64,000 bases of DNA, taken from positions 75,298-139,297 of the forward strand of contig JADLDG010000023.1 in NCBI GenBank assembly GCA_020846775.1, written 5' to 3'. The position numbers and the translations under genes are program-made. This document shows positions 28,523 to 36,494 of this stretch, piece after piece. This stretch comes from Nitrospirota bacterium. Its GTDB lineage: Bacteria > Nitrospirota > 9FT-COMBO-42-15 > HDB-SIOI813. Each line of letters starts with the position of its first letter. The first letter of the stretch is position 1. The notes under the pieces were generated by a model that did not search any database, had not been told where the DNA came from, and worked only from the letters and a program-made list of their open reading frames with translations.

Positions 28523-30358
28523 TTACAGTGAAATTTTAATGCCCCAATATGTGGAAAATCCGGCAGTGCCATATCCTTTAGCCTCTTCGTATTCTTTGTC
28601 AAAGAGGTTTTCTATTCTGCCAAAGAGCTCAGCGCCCTGCTTGAGTTTATAACTTGCAAATATGTCAAACTTTGAATATGCCTTTAAGGTTTCAGGTTTA
28701 CCATCATAGTCAGCGTCGAAATCGAACCTTTTACCCGTGTGGAGATATTTTATGTCAAATACGCTGCGGCTGGAGGGCTTAATGGTAAATGTAGCACCAT
28801 ATTTATTCAGTGGCCTTCTTAAGAGATAGGTATTGGTCTTTTTATCTTCTGTTTCATCATAGGTATAATTGCCATTGATATGCAGGACCGTTGATAGGTC
28901 CCAATCAAGATTTGCCTCAATACCCTTTGACGTTGCCTCGCCGATATTCTTAAGTGTTCCATCCCACTGAATCAGGTCTGTAAAAGTATTCTCATAATAT
29001 GTCAAAGAAAATAATGAACTGCTGAAAACCGTCTCCTCAAATCCTATTTCCCACCCGGCATTTTTTTCAGGTTTGAGGTCAGGATTGCCGAATCCAGGCC
29101 AGAAAAGGTCATTCAAGGATGGGCCATGAAAACCAGTTCCATACTGGGCATGCCACTTCAATTCATTTGTCTGATTTATGGTTGTACCTACCCTGTATGT
29201 TAATGCATTCTCATATAATCCGCTCTCATCCCACCTTAATGCGGCAAGCAGGATAGCAGAGGGATTCAGTCTCCTGTTGTCCTGTATATATAGCGCGTTA
29301 TTGTTGAAAGACTTGCGATATGTCCCGCCGGAGGATACAACACCGCCACCCTTGTTTTGCCGCTCGTAGCCAAAAGTAAGTTTATTCCCATCACTGCTCG
29401 TGATATTGACATGCCAGTCAGCGGTAGTTACACTTGTGTCTATATTGCTTCTGTTTTCAGGTGTGTCCTCATCAAGCCCTTCAATCCTTTCCTGTGAATT
29501 CGATATGGAAAAACTGTTATCCCAATTACCTGGCATTGAATTTAATACGTTAAACCCCAGGAGACTCCATCGTCTGTTTGTCCTGTTATTCAGGTCGTCG
29601 CTTGCTGCAAAAGTGGTATAGTCAAAGCCGTCTATCTCAGTCCTGGCTTCAGTGAGCTGAGCAGTAAAGCCCATTGTCATGCCTGGACGATGAATCCCTA
29701 TCTTCGAGGATATATTAGTATTTTCATAACCGTCATTTTCTGAACCGGATGCTATAGTTGAGAAGCCCTCAGTGTCAAAACGGGAAGCTGTGAGATTTAT
29801 GTCATAGAAGTCCTTCCTGATACCGGTTGAAATACTTTCCTTTGTTGTCCCATAGCTGCCCGTCTCGAAAGAAACGGTGCCGCCGGTGACTGACCCCTTT
29901 TTAGTGAATATCTGTATTACGCCACCCATAGCCTCAGATCCGTAAAGGGTGCTCATTGGACTGCGTATAATCTCTATGCGCTCGATATTATCTACTGACA
30001 GGTCAGCAAAATCGAACAGTCCGGTTGTCGGACTGTTGACCCTGATGCCATCTATCAGTACCAGGGTGTGTGAAGAGTTAGCGCCGCGAATGAATACAGT
30101 GGAAGCCTTTCCAGTACCTCCCGGCTGAACTACATCAAGCCCCGGTACATTACGTAATAAATCTGATACGTTTGATATTCCAGATTCATTTATGTCCTTC
30201 TCTGTGATTACGGTGACTGAAGCCGGTATGACTGATCTGGGTAATGCAGTAGTTGAACCTGTCACTATTATTTCATCCAGGCTTACACTTTCAGCAAAAG
30301 AATGTTTTGCAATTAATATACAGAAAATTAAAGTTACAATAAATAGATGTTTGCTCAT
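28523..30358 (-). CDS. btuB: TonB-dependent outer-membrane receptor, BtuB-like (cobalamin/corrinoid)
   Basis: 611 aa. Signal peptide, TonB box (…DEIIVTGS…), plug and 22-strand barrel pattern. Sits in a cobalamin-riboswitch-controlled operon. Confidence 0.8.
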   Translation of the reverse strand: MSKHLFIVTLIFCILIAKHSFAESVSLDEIIVTGSTTALPRSVIPASVTVITEKDINESGISNVSDLLRNVPGLDVVQPGGTGKASTVFIRGANSSHTLVLIDGIRVNSPTTGLFDFADLSVDNIERIEIIRSPMSTLYGSEAMGGVIQIFTKKGSVTGGTVSFETGSYGTTKESISTGIRKDFYDINLTASRFDTEGFSTIASGSENDGYENTNISSKIGIHRPGMTMGFTAQLTEARTEIDGFDYTTFAASDDLNNRTNRRWSLLGFNVLNSMPGNWDNSFSISNSQERIEGLDEDTPENRSNIDTSVTTADWHVNITSSDGNKLTFGYERQNKGGGVVSSGGTYRKSFNNNALYIQDNRRLNPSAILLAALRWDESGLYENALTYRVGTTINQTNELKWHAQYGTGFHGPSLNDLFWPGFGNPDLKPEKNAGWEIGFEETVFSSSLFSLTYYENTFTDLIQWDGTLKNIGEATSKGIEANLDWDLSTVLHINGNYTYDETEDKKTNTYLLRRPLNKYGATFTIKPSSRSVFDIKYLHTGKRFDFDADYDGKPETLKAYSKFDIFASYKLKQGAELFGRIENLFDKEYEEAKGYGTAGFSTYWGIKISL

Positions 30359-30376
30359 TTACCCTTTTCTCCTTAT

Positions 30377-31123
30377 TTAGTTGCTGAGTTTGTATGTAAT
30401 AGGCACTGCAATATCAAGTTCCCGTAACTCCTTATGCAGATTTGTAATCTTCCCTATCATTTTGATAGTTTTGATGCCGGCATCATCCAGGATTTTTGAA
30501 CCTGATGATTTCGCTATATATATACTGGAAGGAATCCCATCCTGTCCTATATAGAAATTTATGTAGACTGTCCCTTCTATCCCTTTAGACTTCGCAATTT
30601 CAGGGTAATATTTATGTCGTTCGATCTCCTTTCTGATTCTTTCACCAAAAGCATTAATATTATAGCTGTTGTCCCCCTTATTACCCCCGTTATCAGAAAG
30701 CCCGTTACCCCCCCCTGTTTCGCTGCTTACTCCCATCTTAACGTTATCATTACCACTTTCAACATGGTCATTCTGAACCTGTTGAAGGCTTTCCTGCCCA
30801 TCCGTCAATTGAGCCACTGATATAAGTTCAGGGTGATCTGCTCTATTTTTGTCGTCCCCTGAGAGTATGGTCTTCATGTTTTTTTTGTCAGTATTTACAG
30901 CAATAGATTGACTGGCAGGTAATGACCTCCCTATATGTATCATTTTATTCTGATTAACAGGATTAATGACATCAGGGATATAACCCCAAATTACCATGTC
31001 CTGATGGACTGCCACAGAATTCCCGATCACATCATCAGGTATATACGCAATAACTGCCGCAACTGCCAAATGTGCTGCAAAGGAGAATAATAATGAAATG
31101 ATCAGTATCTTCCTGTTCAACAT
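30377..31123 (-). CDS. tonB: TonB family energy transducer
   Basis: 248 aa. N-terminal TM anchor, low-complexity spacer, C-terminal TonB_C domain (…YPEIAKSKGIEGTVYINFYIGQDG…). Confidence 0.75.
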   Translation of the reverse strand: MLNRKILIISLLFSFAAHLAVAAVIAYIPDDVIGNSVAVHQDMVIWGYIPDVINPVNQNKMIHIGRSLPASQSIAVNTDKKNMKTILSGDDKNRADHPELISVAQLTDGQESLQQVQNDHVESGNDNVKMGVSSETGGGNGLSDNGGNKGDNSYNINAFGERIRKEIERHKYYPEIAKSKGIEGTVYINFYIGQDGIPSSIYIAKSSGSKILDDAGIKTIKMIGKITNLHKELRELDIAVPITYKLSN

Positions 31124-31962
31124 TTGTCTTTACCCCATATTGACCTTGTACCGGTTAGACCATGATATTTAACGGAGGCATCCAATGGTATAAGGCTTAC
31201 ACGAGGCGTGCCGGATGCAGGGTTATTGTCCACGATTACATTACAGCCGTATACGTTTCTGATATTTACCTCTGTTATGACTTCATCGGGGGTGCCCATT
31301 GCAGAGATCTTTCCTCTGTTTATCAGCATTATTTTGTCACAATACTGACTACCTATGTTCAGGTCATGCAGGGAGGTTATGATCGTCATCTTCCTTTCCA
31401 CGTTTAATCTTGATAGGAGGTTGAATATCTCCATCTGATGACCAATGTCTAAGGATGTTGTTGGCTCGTCCATTATCAGGATATCAGGCTCCTGAGCCAG
31501 CCCCCTCGCTATAATTGCCCGTTGTTTCTCACCCCCGGAGATATCTGTTATGGGCCTGTCTCTTAATGAATATATCCCTACACATGACATTGCATCAGTA
31601 ACTACTTTTTTGTCATAAGTGTCTTCAAACAATTTTCCCTTAAGATGCGGATATCGTCCCATGGAAACAGTTTCAGTAACTGTATATGGAAAAAGAAATG
31701 AAGACTCCTGCGGGATAAATGAGACAGTTCTCGACAGCTCTCTCCTTCCCACCTTACTGATATCTGTTTCTCTGAAGTATATTTGTCCGGCCTGAGGTGC
31801 GAGTATCTTTGATAACAATTTCAGCAGCGACGATTTCCCGGAGCCGTTAGGACCTATGATACCAAAGAACTCACCATCACGAATCTCGAATGAAACATTT
31901 TCTATTACCCATTGACCTGAATATTTGAAATAAACACTGTCGGCCTCATATGCAGATTTCAT
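31117..31962 (-). CDS. btuD: ABC transporter ATP-binding protein (FecE/BtuD/HmuV type)
   Basis: Walker A GPNGSGKS, signature SGGEKQR, Walker B ILIMDEPT. Confidence 0.9.
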   Translation of the reverse strand: MKSAYEADSVYFKYSGQWVIENVSFEIRDGEFFGIIGPNGSGKSSLLKLLSKILAPQAGQIYFRETDISKVGRRELSRTVSFIPQESSFLFPYTVTETVSMGRYPHLKGKLFEDTYDKKVVTDAMSCVGIYSLRDRPITDISGGEKQRAIIARGLAQEPDILIMDEPTTSLDIGHQMEIFNLLSRLNVERKMTIITSLHDLNIGSQYCDKIMLINRGKISAMGTPDEVITEVNIRNVYGCNVIVDNNPASGTPRVSLIPLDASVKYHGLTGTRSIWGKDKC

Positions 31963-32984
31963 ATCAGTCTCCGTGTCCGAAGTAAGTATAGAAAGAAGGG
32001 GCCGCCGGCTAATGCGGTTATTATACCAACGGGGATCTCTGCAGGTGAAAGCAGCGTCCTTGCGACTGTATCAGCAACCGCAAGAAAAACACCTCCTCCT
32101 ATCATCGAAACAGGCAGGATGAATCTGTAATCATATCCGGCCAGCAGACGAATTGTATGAGGGATCATGATGCCTATGAAACTTATTGGACCGCATATTG
32201 ATACAGAGGCTGCAACCAGAAGTGCCCCGCCAACCAAAACCAGTTTTTTGATTCTCTCGACATTCAGGCCAAGAGTAGCGGCTGTATCATCATCCATGGT
32301 AAGTATATTTAGTGACTTTGCCTGCGAAAACAAAATTAATGCACCGATAAAAGCGAATATAAAAGCTGCTAAAAGTGTTAAATAGTCCGGCGAACTTAGA
32401 TACCCCAATAACCAAAATAAGATCTTATACAGGTTAAGTGAATCGCTGATTGAAACGACCATCAGAATCGCGGCAAATATTATTGCATTAACCATGACGC
32501 CTGAAAGAAGCATGGTATGAGGAGGAATCTTATTATCAACAGTACCGAGTCTGTAAACAATATACAGTGTCAGCATTGCTCCGGCAAATGCAAATACCAT
32601 TGTTGACGATATTCCAGCTATACTTATAAATACGCCTAAATAGAGTGATACAATTACGCCTAATGCAGCTCCACTCGAAATTCCAAGAACATATGGATCG
32701 GCCAGAGGGTTCTTAAGTATGGCCTGAAATCCAGCGCCAGCGGTTGCGAGGGCGCCTCCCGTAATCAGTGCAAGTATTATTCTGGGAAGCCTGACCTGAA
32801 AAAGGATTGTTTTAACCGTTTCTGACTGAATATTACCGGTGAAAAAGGACTTAAGCCCAATAAGTGCATCATAGGGTTTTAATGCATCTGAGCCATATAA
32901 TAATAAGGCCAGCGATACAATAAGAGAAAGTAAAGATAAGATGGATATGGACGAGATCCATCGCTTTAAGGTTAATGTTTGCAT
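31959..32984 (-). CDS. btuC: ABC transporter permease, FecCD family (BtuC/HmuU type)
   Basis: 341 aa polytopic membrane protein with FecCD-family conserved blocks (…LLSGVMVNAI…, …TLGLNVERIK…). Confidence 0.9.
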   Translation of the reverse strand: MQTLTLKRWISSISILSLLSLIVSLALLLYGSDALKPYDALIGLKSFFTGNIQSETVKTILFQVRLPRIILALITGGALATAGAGFQAILKNPLADPYVLGISSGAALGVIVSLYLGVFISIAGISSTMVFAFAGAMLTLYIVYRLGTVDNKIPPHTMLLSGVMVNAIIFAAILMVVSISDSLNLYKILFWLLGYLSSPDYLTLLAAFIFAFIGALILFSQAKSLNILTMDDDTAATLGLNVERIKKLVLVGGALLVAASVSICGPISFIGIMIPHTIRLLAGYDYRFILPVSMIGGGVFLAVADTVARTLLSPAEIPVGIITALAGGPFFLYLLRTRRLI

Positions 32985-33028
32985 GATAGGAATAGAATCT
33001 GATTTGTTGCTGATTTATACCTGTCCTT

Positions 33029-33979
33029 TCATTGTAATGGTTTTTTCTTAATACCTGCTTTGTTATTGATATCCGGATTATTGCGGATATATTCATGTAC
33101 CTGTTCAAGTCCATCTATAATCCTTGGTCCCGGTCTGCTTACAATATCCGGATCAATTGTATACACCATACCGTTTTTTATGGCCGATATACCTCCCCAT
33201 CTTTTCTTCCATCCCTGAAGTTGTCCTATCAGGTCAACAGGTACAATAATAACCTCCGGGTCCTTCAATATTAGCTCCTCCATATCTATGCGAGGATAGC
33301 GAATGGGTGAGTCTGATAGTACATTAAACCCGCCTGCAGTGAGGATAATGTCATGAATAAAACTCCCTGGACCTGCCGATATTACAGGGTCTGTACTGAT
33401 AAGGTAAATTACCCTCTTTGGCTTGCCAATAGATGCCTTTTTTTTAATTGAATCAATTCGCCGGGTTAGTGAAGCTGTAATTTCCCGGGCCTCCTTTCTC
33501 TGACCTGTTACATCTCCTATAGCAGAGATATCATTAATCACATCATTAATATTATGAGGATTTAAAACATAGGTCTTTATATTCATTCGTTCAAGTTCAT
33601 CCACTATTTCAGGTTTGTTCCCTTCTGTGGTTGCAAAGACGATGTCAGGCCTCATTGAGATGATGTTTTCGATGTTCGGGCTTATAAGCCACCCTACCTT
33701 AGGCTTATCTCTTGCCTCTTCAGGATAGTCACATAAATCTGTGACGCCTGCGATTTTATCTCCTAATTTCAGAGAAAAAAGGATCTCGGTAATGTTAGGT
33801 GCAAGCGAGACAATTCGCTCAGGTCTTTTGGAGAGTTCAATCTTTCTTCCTGTACCATCCGTAAAGGTTTCGGCACAAATGTAAGATCCTGAAAAAAGAA
33901 GAAGGTATGCAACGAGGAGAATAAATATGCTGAGTCTTCTGATGTGAACAGGAGCGCTTACGAGTTTCATGATAGACAT
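33029..33979 (-). CDS. btuF: Periplasmic substrate-binding protein, class III (BtuF-like cobalamin-binding)
   Basis: …RIVSLAPNITEILFSLKLGDKIAGVTDLCDYPEEA… is typical of BtuF/FepB-class binding proteins. Start chosen at ATG 33979 (MSIMKLVS…) preceded by GGGGA. The ORF track's longer N-terminal extension overlaps the riboswitch platform. Confidence 0.8.
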   Translation of the reverse strand: MSIMKLVSAPVHIRRLSIFILLVAYLLLFSGSYICAETFTDGTGRKIELSKRPERIVSLAPNITEILFSLKLGDKIAGVTDLCDYPEEARDKPKVGWLISPNIENIISMRPDIVFATTEGNKPEIVDELERMNIKTYVLNPHNINDVINDISAIGDVTGQRKEAREITASLTRRIDSIKKKASIGKPKRVIYLISTDPVISAGPGSFIHDIILTAGGFNVLSDSPIRYPRIDMEELILKDPEVIIVPVDLIGQLQGWKKRWGGISAIKNGMVYTIDPDIVSRPGPRIIDGLEQVHEYIRNNPDINNKAGIKKKPLQ

Positions 33980-34089
33980 AAAAAATCCCCAAGGCCAATG
34001 ATAACGACCCTGAGGATTGCACCCTGCTTCTTCACCCAAAAGGTTAGACTATGCAACCTCTCGTCCGGAGGTTACAATACTCTGTAGTT

Positions 34090-34224
34090 CAGGCAGGTCT
34101 TCTGGTTTATGGATCAACCTACTGACTGCGCCTTCCCGGGAGTCTCAACACCCCAGTGGCAATTCGCAGCTATCGTCCCCATTCACAGCGGCGGGACCAC
34201 CCCTGATTTCCACAGGGTTCCCTC
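34090..34224 (-). promoter_or_regulatory. Cobalamin (AdoCbl) riboswitch aptamer in the btuF-operon leader
   Basis: Minus-strand RNA: AGGGAACCCUGUGGAAAUCAGGGGUGGUCCCGCCGCUGUGAAUGGGGACGAUAGCUGCGAAUUGCCACUGG…GGGAAGGCG…CAGAAGACCUGCC. Contains the conserved GGUGRAAxUCC-like, CCCGCCxCUGU, GCCACUG and B12-box (…AGACCUGCC) elements in canonical order. A TTGACA-17-TTATAA promoter at 34298-34270 lies upstream. Confidence 0.85.
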
Positions 34225-34334
34225 TTGGCTTAGAACTCATCATTCAAGCACACCTGATTTATACTGTATACTTATAAAGCAGATAATGAGTATCTGTCAA
34301 GTTATTTTATTAATTAGATAGTGCGTTACTTGAG

Positions 34335-34940
34335 TCAGAAGGAGACCTTAACATGAAAACCAATTGCATCTTTATCAAATGTCAGAAAGGGGATAACAGC
34401 GTCACTTCCTGAATAGACCCTGTAACTATTAAGCATAGACTGAGTCACAGCCGCTGCCAGGATGGCATCTTTGCTTAAACCGGTCTCTCGATGAAGGATA
34501 TTTGGGTCAGAATCAATATTATCTTCGTTAAAGTAATATGCATAAACTGAGTACCACAGAAAGTCAGTTCCACTGAAAAATAGAAGTGCCTTATTGTAGG
34601 TCGTCGGTTCCTTCCGGAACCTGTGAAGGGCATATTCGAAACTCATGTTAGCACCAACTTCACCTCCAAGTGCAAAGGAGGGATAAGCATTTGCATCAAT
34701 TTTACTTGTAGATGTATAGCCAAGGAACAGGTTGTTTTTTCGTTTGTTTAGAAATGATACTGAAATCCCCTCAGCACCGACCGAACTTCCTACTATTGCA
34801 TGTCCATACTCATGAACAGTCAGGTTAGTTGCGAATGCTGTTCCAACCTGAATTATGTCAATTATCCCTGATTCAAAAGCCTTAACCGGTTGTGCGGCCA
34901 TTAAGGTGATCATTATGATGATGCTTAGAACTACCTTCAT
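34335..34940 (-). CDS. Hypothetical secreted protein with a single HExxH (HEYGH) motif, under c-di-GMP riboswitch control
   Basis: ATG at 34940 (MKVVLSIIIMITLMAAQPVKA… signal peptide) preceded by GAGGGG. HEYGHAIVG motif. C-terminal …VKVSF aromatic end. About 200 aa mature. No recognised family. Confidence 0.55.
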   Translation of the reverse strand: MKVVLSIIIMITLMAAQPVKAFESGIIDIIQVGTAFATNLTVHEYGHAIVGSSVGAEGISVSFLNKRKNNLFLGYTSTSKIDANAYPSFALGGEVGANMSFEYALHRFRKEPTTYNKALLFFSGTDFLWYSVYAYYFNEDNIDSDPNILHRETGLSKDAILAAAVTQSMLNSYRVYSGSDAVIPFLTFDKDAIGFHVKVSF

Positions 34941-34963
34941 TTTTCCCCTCGCGGCCGAAGTGG

Positions 34964-35101
34964 GGAAATAAAAAAGCCCATTACCACCAGATGGGTAATG
35001 GGCTTTAGGTCCATTAGACACTTCGGCTGCCCCGCTACCCTCATTTATGAGGGCCGGTGGCTATGCGTCCTACCGTTGCCGGTAGTTTGCTCTTATCGGT
35101 G
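34964..35101 (-). promoter_or_regulatory. c-di-GMP-I (GEMM) riboswitch aptamer (35101-35019) plus intrinsic terminator expression platform (35006-34964)
   Basis: Minus-strand RNA: CACCGAUAAGAGCAAAC-UACCG-GCAA-CGGUA-GGACGCAUAGCC-ACCGGCCCUCAUAAAUGAGGGUAGCGGGGCAGCCGAAGUG. Matches GEMM-I hallmarks (GCAAAC, GNRA-capped P1b, GGACGCAAAGCC, GGUAGCGGGG…ACCGA) and resembles the Vc2 riboswitch as recalled. Followed by GCCCAUUACC-N7-GGUAAUGGGC-UUUUUUAUUU, then SD and ATG. Confidence 0.7.
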
Positions 35102-35130
35102 GTCATTCGTTTATGTAATTTACTTTTTTA

Positions 35131-35158
35131 TTTATACCATATATTCAGCTTATGTCAA
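35131..35158 (-). promoter_or_regulatory. Sigma70-like promoter driving the c-di-GMP riboswitch leader
   Basis: Minus strand: TTGACA (35158-35153), 16-nt spacer, TATAAA (35136-35131). About 30 nt upstream of the aptamer 5' end. Confidence 0.5.
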
Positions 35159-35161
35159 ACA

Positions 35162-35695
35162 CTATTTAGAGTAACCATATAGAGCATCTGAGTTTGCAAG
35201 TTCCACAAAACGCTCAAATGATGCGTTTGATTCAAAATATAAGATCCTGCCTGACGCATCAGAATAGGCCACAGCATCAGCCTTATCAACAACCCTGCTG
35301 GTAAGGGGATCTTTCGAATACAGCAGAGACGAATTCTCCTGTAAGTTAAACCGATATTCTTTTCCACTGGCAAAATACTTCTTGCCATTAATAATAACGG
35401 CATCCTGCTGTTCACCGGTGAAACGATTCGTTACCATATTAACTTCACTTGAATCAACCCTGTTTAACCACATTTTTGCCGGGACGTTTTTGTTGATATT
35501 TACTGCGTAATTATTCTTGAGTGATATTAACCGTTCATGTGCATAATAATTCTGCCTAACAGACTCCAGCACCAGAATGGCATTAGAATCAATTGCGTCT
35601 TCAGCCGCATAACTGTTGACAACAAAGCATACGGATAGAGCGGCAGATATTATTAGTGCCTTCTTAATTAATGATGTGAAATTATTTTTTTTCAA
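35162..35695 (-). CDS. Hypothetical secreted protein (177 aa)
   Basis: TTG start at 35695 with strong GGAGGAG Shine-Dalgarno 6 nt upstream. Signal peptide (MKKNNFTSLIKKALIISAALSVCFVVNSYA). No recognised family. The SD lies 4 nt from the tRNA-Asn 3' end. Confidence 0.5.
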   Translation of the reverse strand: MKKNNFTSLIKKALIISAALSVCFVVNSYAAEDAIDSNAILVLESVRQNYYAHERLISLKNNYAVNINKNVPAKMWLNRVDSSEVNMVTNRFTGEQQDAVIINGKKYFASGKEYRFNLQENSSLLYSKDPLTSRVVDKADAVAYSDASGRILYFESNASFERFVELANSDALYGYSK

Positions 35696-35710
35696 TACAC
35701 TCCTCCCATT

Positions 35711-35786
35711 GGCTCCCCGGGCAGGGCTCGAACCTGCGACCTAGCGGTTAACAGCCGCTCGCTCTGCCTATTGAGCTACCGGGGAT
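35711..35786 (-). tRNA. tRNA-Asn (anticodon GTT)
   Basis: 76 nt. Acceptor TCCCCGG/CCGGGGA, D arm GCTC-AATAGGCA-GAGC, anticodon arm AGCGG-CTGTTAA-CCGCT (GUU), T arm GCAGG-TTCGAGC-CCTGC, encoded GCCA end. Confidence 0.9.
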
Positions 35787-35876
35787 TATCAGCTTAAAAC
35801 CGTCATATTATATATAATTATTAATATATAAGTCAATTGCTTTGTCGAAGGGTTAACAGACAAAATCGTGTCATTT

Positions 35877-36467
35877 TCATTCAATGGATTCTCTTAACTT
35901 TCCTATTACTTCTCGAGTCACTTCCTTAAGAGTTTCAAACACCCCTTCACCATTAACGGCGGCAGCCTCAAAATAAGGTGAGCTTCTGAAGTTAATAATC
36001 CTGTCTATTTCTTCAACAGGAAGAATGTTTGGGAGGTCCCTCTTATTATGTTGAAACACAATCGGGATATGGTTAACATCAATATTCTGCTCAAAAAGAT
36101 TCTTTTTCAGGCTGTCTAAACTTTCGATGTTAGCATCCATCCTCTCTATCTGAGAGTCTGCCACAAACACAACTCCGTCCACTCCTTTTAAAATCAGCTT
36201 CCGGCTTTCGTCATAGAAAATCTGTCCAGGGACAGTATGTAGATGGAACTTCAGTTTAAACCCATTGAGGGTACCAAGATTAATGGGAAGAAAATCGAAA
36301 AATAGTGTGTGTTCTGTCTCAGGGGATACGGATATTAATTTCCCCTTACTCTCGGGATTGGTATTGTTATAAATATACCGGATGTTGGCTGTTTTGCCGC
36401 AAAGTCCCGGTCCGTAATAAACAACTTTACAATTTATTTCACGGGTTGAGTGGAGAATGTTTGACAT
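35877..36467 (-). CDS. mglA: Ras-like small GTPase MglA (mutual gliding-motility protein A family)
   Basis: 196 aa. P-loop GPGLCGKT, MglA-specific switch II TVPGQ (in place of DxxGQ), NKRD. Near-collinear with Myxococcus MglA over the full length. Confidence 0.85.
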   Translation of the reverse strand: MSNILHSTREINCKVVYYGPGLCGKTANIRYIYNNTNPESKGKLISVSPETEHTLFFDFLPINLGTLNGFKLKFHLHTVPGQIFYDESRKLILKGVDGVVFVADSQIERMDANIESLDSLKKNLFEQNIDVNHIPIVFQHNKRDLPNILPVEEIDRIINFRSSPYFEAAAVNGEGVFETLKEVTREVIGKLRESIE

Positions 36468-36494
36468 AAATGGGTTTATTGATCCAGGTAATTA

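Noticed and set aside
34017-34321. Two plus-strand ORFs (86 and 70 aa) between btuF and the HExxH gene
   Set aside because: This region is fully explained by the minus-strand cobalamin riboswitch and its promoter. The ORFs have no SD and no homology.
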